From NCBI GenBank assembly GCA_038248935.1, contig JBBRWX010000002.1, positions 2,986 to 66,985 on the forward strand: a stretch of 64,000 nt of DNA. The letters are read 5' to 3'. The notes below the pieces were generated by a model. That model did not search any database, had not been told where the DNA came from, and worked only from the letters and a program-made list of their open reading frames with translations. The position numbers and the translations under genes were made by a program. The stretch comes from Actinomycetales bacterium (GTDB taxonomy: Bacteria; Actinomycetota; Actinomycetes; Actinomycetales; Demequinaceae). Positions 58,924-64,000 of the stretch are shown piece after piece (the first letter of the stretch is position 1; each line of letters opens with the position of its first letter).

Positions 58924-59589
58924 GTGCACGTCGTGATCATGGGTTGTGGCCGTACAGGCGCCACGTTGGCAAGCGAATTCGAGACGCGCGGCCACTCGGT
59001 TTCCGTCATCGATGTCAGGGCGGACGCCTTCAGGCGATTGCCCTCCGACTTCAAGGGTCAGAAGATCACGGGGCTCGGTTTCGACAGGGACACGCTCACG
59101 GCCGCAGGGGTTGAAAGCGCGTACGCCTTCGCCGCCGTTTCCGATGGCGACAACTCCAACATCCTGGCTGCGCGCGTCGTCAGAGAGACGTACGGAGTCC
59201 AGAACGTCGTGGCGCGCATCGCGGACTCCGGTCGCGCTGCCGTCTACCGACGGTTGGGAATCCCCACCGTCGCTCCCGTTCCGTGGACCGCGGCGCAAAT
59301 CGTGACGAGGCTCTTGCCAGGAGGCTCGGACTCGGAATTTGACGACGCCGACGCGGGCATCGTGATGCGCAGGGTTCCTGTGAACGACGGCTGGGTGGGC
59401 CACTACTACATCGAACTTGAGAAGACGTCTCAGGCGCGCGTCGCGTACGTCACGCGCTTTGGAGAGGCCATTCTCCCCGATGCCAAGACGGCGATTCAGT
59501 CGGGCGACGACGTCCACTTCCTGCTCGCGTCGGCCACCGAGAGATCGGCTACCAAGGCCATCGCACACCCCCCGAAGGCGGCATCGTGA
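58924..59589 (+). CDS. trkA: TrkA-family potassium uptake protein (NAD-binding)
   Basis: GTG at 58924 gives VHVVIMGCGRTGATLASEF, a Rossmann fold, plus a TrkA-C domain. Confidence 0.9.
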   Translation: MHVVIMGCGRTGATLASEFETRGHSVSVIDVRADAFRRLPSDFKGQKITGLGFDRDTLTAAGVESAYAFAAVSDGDNSNILAARVVRETYGVQNVVARIADSGRAAVYRRLGIPTVAPVPWTAAQIVTRLLPGGSDSEFDDADAGIVMRRVPVNDGWVGHYYIELEKTSQARVAYVTRFGEAILPDAKTAIQSGDDVHFLLASATERSATKAIAHPPKAAS

Positions 59590-60260
59590 AGGTTCTGATT
59601 GCGGGTGCCGGATCCGTCGGCCGGTCGATCGCGAGCGACCTCATCGCGCACAACCACGAGGTGCTGCTGATCGACATCAACCCCTCCGCAATGCGCGTGT
59701 CTCAAGTGGCCGAGGCGGAGTGGATGCTGGCCGACGCTTGCGAACTCACCGCCTTGAGGGAGGCCGCCGTCGAAGAGATGGATGTCGTCGTGGCCGCGAC
59801 AGGCGATGACAAGGCCAATCTCGTCATCTCGTTCCTCGCCAAGACGGAGTTTGGCGTGCCTCGCACCGTCGCTCGCGTCAACAATCCCCGCAACGAGTGG
59901 ATGTATGACTCCCAGTGGGGCGTCGACGTCGCGGTCTCGACGCCGCGCATCATGACGGCCATGGTCGAGGAGGCTGTCGCGGTCGGCGACCTCGTGAAGG
60001 TCTTCACTTTCCACCAGTCTGGCGCCGCGATCATCGAGGTGACGTTGCCAACGCAGTCCCCGCTCGTCGGAACGGCTCTGAGGGACATCGTTCTCCCGCC
60101 CGACACCGTGTTGTCGTGCATCGTCCGCGGCGACAGGACGATCGCACCGCGCGAGGATGACACGCTTGAGGCGCTCGACGAGCTGCTTTTTATTCTGTCG
60201 GCTGAGGCAGATCCTCAGGCTCTTCAGGAAGTTCTACGTTCCGCACCAACCGCCACATAA
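59586..60260 (+). CDS. trkA: TrkA-family potassium uptake protein (second paralog)
   Basis: MKVLIAGAGSVGRSIASDL. GTGA-type overlap with the preceding trkA. Confidence 0.9.
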   Translation: MKVLIAGAGSVGRSIASDLIAHNHEVLLIDINPSAMRVSQVAEAEWMLADACELTALREAAVEEMDVVVAATGDDKANLVISFLAKTEFGVPRTVARVNNPRNEWMYDSQWGVDVAVSTPRIMTAMVEEAVAVGDLVKVFTFHQSGAAIIEVTLPTQSPLVGTALRDIVLPPDTVLSCIVRGDRTIAPREDDTLEALDELLFILSAEADPQALQEVLRSAPTAT

Positions 60261-60867
60261 CGAACAGCGCGACGGCAAACCACGGGATGCCGAGAGCGAG
60301 CTTCGCGGTGCCAAGCGCGGCCGTCGCTCCTGCGAAATAGAGGGGCAATTGGACCGCAAGCTTGACCGCTTGGGTGCCAATGTAGAAGGCAGTTGCCGCT
60401 TGGAAGCGGCGCATCGCCTGTGGCGATGTCCTCCACCTGCTCCCCCAGCCCTTGAGAAGCCCCACTGCGATCCCAACCGCCGGCCAGCGCACAGCCATCG
60501 ACACTGCCATGGCGGCCGCATAGACACCCGTGTACCAGAAGCCCGGTACGAAGTACGCGTTGGCGTCGCCCGCCCTCCAGGCCCACACCGCGCCAAGCAC
60601 CACGCCAAACAGCCCGCCAAGAGCCTGGGTCACTGGCGTGCGCTCGATCAGGCGAATGGCGACCATCACGACGACGGTCACAACCGCGGCGACCACCGGA
60701 ATCCGAAAGCCGCCCCAGATCAAGAAGGCGGCAACAAAGATCGCGCCTGGCGCGACCGACTCGGCGAGACCCCTCCATCCGCCGATGGCATCCGCCCACT
60801 TGAAGTCCTCGCCGAGCAAAGAGGCCGCAGGTGAACTCACGGGTGGATTCACGGACGGGTCACTCAC
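60190..60867 (-). CDS. DUF3159 domain-containing membrane protein
   Basis: The GTG at 60867 overlaps the OB-fold gene stop (GTGA). Conserved ...IGGWRGLAESVAPGAIFV... and multiple TM helices. The track ORF is over-extended. Confidence 0.8.
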   Translation of the reverse strand: MSDPSVNPPVSSPAASLLGEDFKWADAIGGWRGLAESVAPGAIFVAAFLIWGGFRIPVVAAVVTVVVMVAIRLIERTPVTQALGGLFGVVLGAVWAWRAGDANAYFVPGFWYTGVYAAAMAVSMAVRWPAVGIAVGLLKGWGSRWRTSPQAMRRFQAATAFYIGTQAVKLAVQLPLYFAGATAALGTAKLALGIPWFAVALFVMWRLVRNVELPEEPEDLPQPTE

Positions 60868-61166
60868 ACGAGCCGCAACTCGTAGCGGGGATTGAAAATG
60901 ACCTGCACGTCGTCGCCAGGCGCAACCCGCCCCTCGATGGCGACCGTCGCGCCGGGCTCGAGCCCAGCGATGAGTCGCCTGCCAAGGAAGACGCAATCGA
61001 TCGCTCCCGAGGGGTCCACGACCCTCACGGTGAGTCGGGCAGGCGCGTCGCGTGGGCTCACTTCGATGTACAGAATCTTGCCGCCAGTCGTCTCGATGGC
61101 GCGGGTCTTGACCTCGCCGATGGGGGTCCACTCTTTGCGCGGCCGGGCGGCGTCCGTCACGCTCAT
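60864..61166 (-). CDS. OB-fold nucleic acid-binding domain protein
   Basis: 100 aa. Conserved position between dut and DUF3159, with a beta-rich OB-like sequence (ARLTVRVVDPSGAIDCVFLGRR). Confidence 0.75.
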   Translation of the reverse strand: MSVTDAARPRKEWTPIGEVKTRAIETTGGKILYIEVSPRDAPARLTVRVVDPSGAIDCVFLGRRLIAGLEPGATVAIEGRVAPGDDVQVIFNPRYELRLV

Positions 61167-61606
61167 GTCGTTCCCGTCGACCCGAAGCCGGATTCGCCCC
61201 TGTGAGACCCAGGCAAGCGCGACACGGGAACGAAACGAGCAAGTTCGACACGCTGGATCACCAACTGGGCGATACGGTCTCCGACTTCAAACTCGACGCT
61301 CGTGCGAGCATCGGTGTTGAGCAGCGTGACCTTGATCTCTCCGCGATACCCAGCATCGACGGTGCCTGGCGCATTGACAATCGTCACTCCGTGGTTTGCT
61401 GCGAGGCCAGAACGGGGGTGAACCAGCGCCACGTAGCCCGCGGGCAGGGCGATGCACACGCCCGTCCGCACCGTCGCCCGCTCCCCTGGCGCAAGAGTGA
61501 CCGACTCACGCGTCGTGAGGTCGGCTCCCGCGTCGCCTGGGTGGGAATAGGCCGGTATGGGGACGGTCTCATCGGTGGTGCTGATGAGCACCTCGATGTC
61601 GGTCAT
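61163..61606 (-). CDS. dut: dUTP diphosphatase
   Basis: Motifs AGADL, GxxxxPRSG (HPRSGLA), GTVDAGYRGE, and C-terminal RGESGFGSTG. Confidence 0.93.
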   Translation of the reverse strand: MTDIEVLISTTDETVPIPAYSHPGDAGADLTTRESVTLAPGERATVRTGVCIALPAGYVALVHPRSGLAANHGVTIVNAPGTVDAGYRGEIKVTLLNTDARTSVEFEVGDRIAQLVIQRVELARFVPVSRLPGSHRGESGFGSTGTT

Positions 61607-61646
61607 TGCTTCAGCCTAGGTTCTCTACCGCGAGACAACGGGGACG

Positions 61647-61946
61647 TTAGCCCGCGCACTCCGAGCAGATGGGCTGGTCGCCCTTGAACTCGGCCAACTG
61701 GCTGCGGTGGTGCACCAGGAAGCACGACATACACGTGAATTCGTCCTGCTGGGGAGGCAAGACCCTGACCGAAAGCTCTTCGCCTGACAGGTCGGCACCT
61801 GGCAGTTCGAAGCTGTCGGCCGCATCCGCCTCGTCTTCGTCAACGACACCTGAGCTCTTGTCTGAGCGGCGCGCCTTCAACTCCTCAATGGAGTCAGCGG
61901 CGATCTCGTCGTCGGTCTTGCGCGGCGCGTCGTAATCGGTCGCCAT
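61647..61946 (-). CDS. DUF4193 domain-containing protein (zinc-ribbon-like)
   Basis: ATG at 61946 with a GAAGGAGA RBS. MATDYDAPRKTDDE..., acidic middle, and C-terminal FTCMSCFLVHHRSQ...PICSECAG. Confidence 0.8.
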   Translation of the reverse strand: MATDYDAPRKTDDEIAADSIEELKARRSDKSSGVVDEDEADAADSFELPGADLSGEELSVRVLPPQQDEFTCMSCFLVHHRSQLAEFKGDQPICSECAG

Positions 61947-62051
61947 CCAGGGGTCTCCTTCACCTTGTGGGTGTCTACACAATGCCCAGGGATGCAGTTT
62001 TGTTCCCGTGGCGCGCACGCATTCTGCCCCACAATTGCCGTTTGCGCGAAC

Positions 62052-62876
62052 TCAGACGCGCGGGAGGCCCCAAGGTTGGCGTGCGCCCGCCGCTTCGAGG
62101 GCGTCTCTTAGCTCATTCCAGACCCCTGGAATCGCCGCGATCGTGAGGTGAGAATCGGGATCTCCACCATCGATTCCGGCCACCCGCAACCCCGCTTCTG
62201 AGGCGATCAAGGCGCCCGCGGCGAAATCCCACGGCTGCAAACCGTGCTCGTAATATGCATCGAGGGTTCCCGCGGCGACGAGGCAAAGATCGACGCTTGC
62301 GGCGCCGAGCCTCCTGATGTCACGAACCTGCCCGAGCATGTGAGCCACGATCTTTCCTTGGGCGACCCGGCGCTGTGCAATGTACTGAAAGCCGGTGCCC
62401 AGAAGAGTCCCTGACAGCCCTGGACCACCGGTGCGCGTGAGTCGCACTCCGTTGCGATAGGCGCCGTGTCCGAGCGCCGCCGTCCATTCGACGCCCTCTG
62501 CGTCAAAGACCGCTCCTGCGATCCGGGTCCACGCCCCGCCCCGCACGTCTCCAGTGACTGCCGCAACGGACACGGCGTAGTGCGGGATTCCGTAGAGATA
62601 GTTCACGGTGCCGTCAATGGGATCGAGTACCCACGTGATCCCCGAAGTGCCAGGGACGTCCTCCCCCTCCTCCCCAAGAATCGCGTCGTCAGGGCGCCAC
62701 TGCGCGAGTCGCTCCCTGAGGAGAGTCTCGGATGCGACGTCCATCTGAGTCACGATGTCGACGTCGGATGACTTGGTTGAGGCCACCTCTGCGTTCGCAC
62801 GACCGGCTCGGATGAGCGCTCCCGCCTCTCGAGCGAGGCGACTGGCAACGTCCAGCAGCTCTAGGGGTTCAGGCAT
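62052..62876 (-). CDS. inositol monophosphatase family protein
   Basis: IMPase motifs EEGE and WVLDPIDGTVNYLYG, and the C-terminal WDFAAG. Start is ATG 62876 (or 62885). The rest of track ORF 62052..63611 is antisense to sepH. Confidence 0.88.
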   Translation of the reverse strand: MPEPLELLDVASRLAREAGALIRAGRANAEVASTKSSDVDIVTQMDVASETLLRERLAQWRPDDAILGEEGEDVPGTSGITWVLDPIDGTVNYLYGIPHYAVSVAAVTGDVRGGAWTRIAGAVFDAEGVEWTAALGHGAYRNGVRLTRTGGPGLSGTLLGTGFQYIAQRRVAQGKIVAHMLGQVRDIRRLGAASVDLCLVAAGTLDAYYEHGLQPWDFAAGALIASEAGLRVAGIDGGDPDSHLTIAAIPGVWNELRDALEAAGARQPWGLPRV

Positions 62877-62949
62877 GTCCACCATGCTTGCACACGGCTC
62901 GTGCGCGCCGTACCGCACGCGGGACGCCCCCACGTGGCACAGTGGAGCA

Positions 62950-64000
62950 ATGATCGGAGCAAGCCTCAAGGGCCTATCGGAGGATGGCACCCACCTACTT
63001 GTCGTCACCGACACCGGCGAAGAAGTCAAGGTTGCCGTCACGGACGAACTGCGCGCGTTGGTGAGGCACGCCAGGATCGCCATCCGCGACGAGAGGCCCG
63101 CCTCGTCGGGAATGCCTCCTCGCGAAATACAGCAGCGCATCCGCGCGGGCCTAAGCGCCGCCGAACTCGCGCACCTCACTGGCGAGCCGGTCGAGGCGCT
63201 TGAGAAGTTCGAGGCACCCGTTCTTGCGGAAAGGGCGTACATCGTCGAATTGGCCCGCTCTACTCGCATCGGCAGGGATTCGACCTCGCCGACGCTTGGC
63301 GACCTCGTCGGCGATCGCCTTGCTGGCCGCGCGATTGACCCCGCTTCCGTCGAATGGGACGCATGGCGAGAACTCGACGAACCATGGCGCGTGGCCGCCG
63401 ACTTCGCTACGGCGGGACGCACGGTCCGGGCGATGTGGACCTTCGACCATGTGGCCAAGGCGTTGACGGCCGAGGACGAAGAATCAACCTGGCTCACCGA
63501 GACCGAACTGCTCGAGGCGCCGATTCCGCGCAGGCACCTCGCCGCAGTGAGGCCTGATCTCGCGTCGGGGGCTATACCGCTTGCCGCGACGCGGCCCGCC
63601 GTCCCAGCCATCGTTCACGAGGCCCCTGCGGAAGACAACTCCGCGGGCGACGCCTTGCTTCAGGAATTGGCCGCTCGTAGGGGAACGCGCGAACCGGTCG
63701 AGTTCGACGACGACGCCGACGATGACGACGAGGCATTCGAGGGTTTCGGTCCCCGCGGTGCGGGCCCCGCTTCACCAAAACCGCCGGTGACACCGAACCG
63801 GCCCCAGACGCCGCCTTCCCAAAACCAGCGCACGTCGATGCCGCATCCTGCGGGTACCGCCAGGGAGACCCCCACGAGTCGCGACGCCGACGCGTCGAAG
63901 TCACACACGTCGTCGTCGAACGCCTCGCCTGCAGGCGCTGATCCATCAGGCTCGGCGGAGTCGCCCGATAGGCGGAGCCGCAAGGGAAGGGCGTCGATTC
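62950..64000 (+). CDS. sepH: septation protein SepH-like (DUF3071), 3'-truncated by the window edge
   Basis: Not in the ORF track because there is no stop before 64000. My own translation from the ATG at 62950 (GGAG 4 nt upstream) is MIGASLKGLSEDGTHLLVVTD...PPREIQQRIRAGLSAAELAHLTGEPVEALEKFEAPVLAERAYIVELAR. That is the DUF3071 HTH signature, followed by an acidic and Pro-rich disordered tail. Confidence 0.75.
   Translation, partial: MIGASLKGLSEDGTHLLVVTDTGEEVKVAVTDELRALVRHARIAIRDERPASSGMPPREIQQRIRAGLSAAELAHLTGEPVEALEKFEAPVLAERAYIVELARSTRIGRDSTSPTLGDLVGDRLAGRAIDPASVEWDAWRELDEPWRVAADFATAGRTVRAMWTFDHVAKALTAEDEESTWLTETELLEAPIPRRHLAAVRPDLASGAIPLAATRPAVPAIVHEAPAEDNSAGDALLQELAARRGTREPVEFDDDADDDDEAFEGFGPRGAGPASPKPPVTPNRPQTPPSQNQRTSMPHPAGTARETPTSRDADASKSHTSSSNASPAGADPSGSAESPDRRSRKGRASI

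Noticed and set aside
62877-63611. The N-terminal 245 codons of the 519-aa minus-strand ORF as an extended IMPase or fusion protein.
   Set aside because: The region is Ser/Arg/Ala-rich with no motifs and lies antisense to the well-supported SepH-like frame. The IMPase homology starts at MPEPLELLDVASR.

Overview
High-GC actinobacterial (Actinomycetota, possibly Micrococcales-like) chromosomal segment, densely coded and mostly core housekeeping. I support about 58 protein genes, 4 tRNAs, several short tandem repeats and a few regulatory or terminator candidates. Two blocks match the conserved actinobacterial gene order known from Mycobacterium tuberculosis. Block 1 (about 2.3-24.2 kb, minus strand) is aspS-hisS, relA, secF-secD, ruvB-ruvA-ruvC, yebC, pdxT-nudix-pdxS, pimA-acyltransferase-pgsA-HIT-thrS. 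Block 2 (about 46.5-64 kb) is zapE, gnd, DUF3000-rnd, dxs, acn, RNA methyltransferase, APC permease, trkA x2, DUF3159, OB-fold, dut, DUF4193, IMPase, sepH. Between them lies a more variable stretch (24.4-46.4 kb) punctuated by tRNA-Val(CAC) and a tRNA-Gly/Cys/Val(GAC) cluster. It holds a TetR/oxidoreductase pair, DUF1684, a cupin, a putative copper-type envelope module (OmpR-type regulator + histidine kinase + SHOCT + Met-rich cupredoxin + DUF3105), pabBC, an aldo/keto reductase, DUF1345, a Na+/H+ antiporter, a PAS protein with no recognisable output domain, treYZ-ppk2, and a few orphan proteins. I saw no rRNA, CRISPR array, transposase, integrase or phage genes. I cannot point to a clear-cut novel multi-gene system. 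The best candidates are the copper-like sensory/envelope module, the PAS-helical protein upstream of nhaP/DUF1345, a charge-bipolar repeat protein, and a striking set of perfect in-frame tandem repeats inside housekeeping genes, notably (GDGEV)7 in hisS. Many long ORFs in the supplied track are antisense or N-terminally over-extended high-GC artefacts. I trimmed starts where a conserved N-terminus coincides with an in-frame ATG or GTG. One gene (sepH, running off the right edge) is missing from the ORF track.
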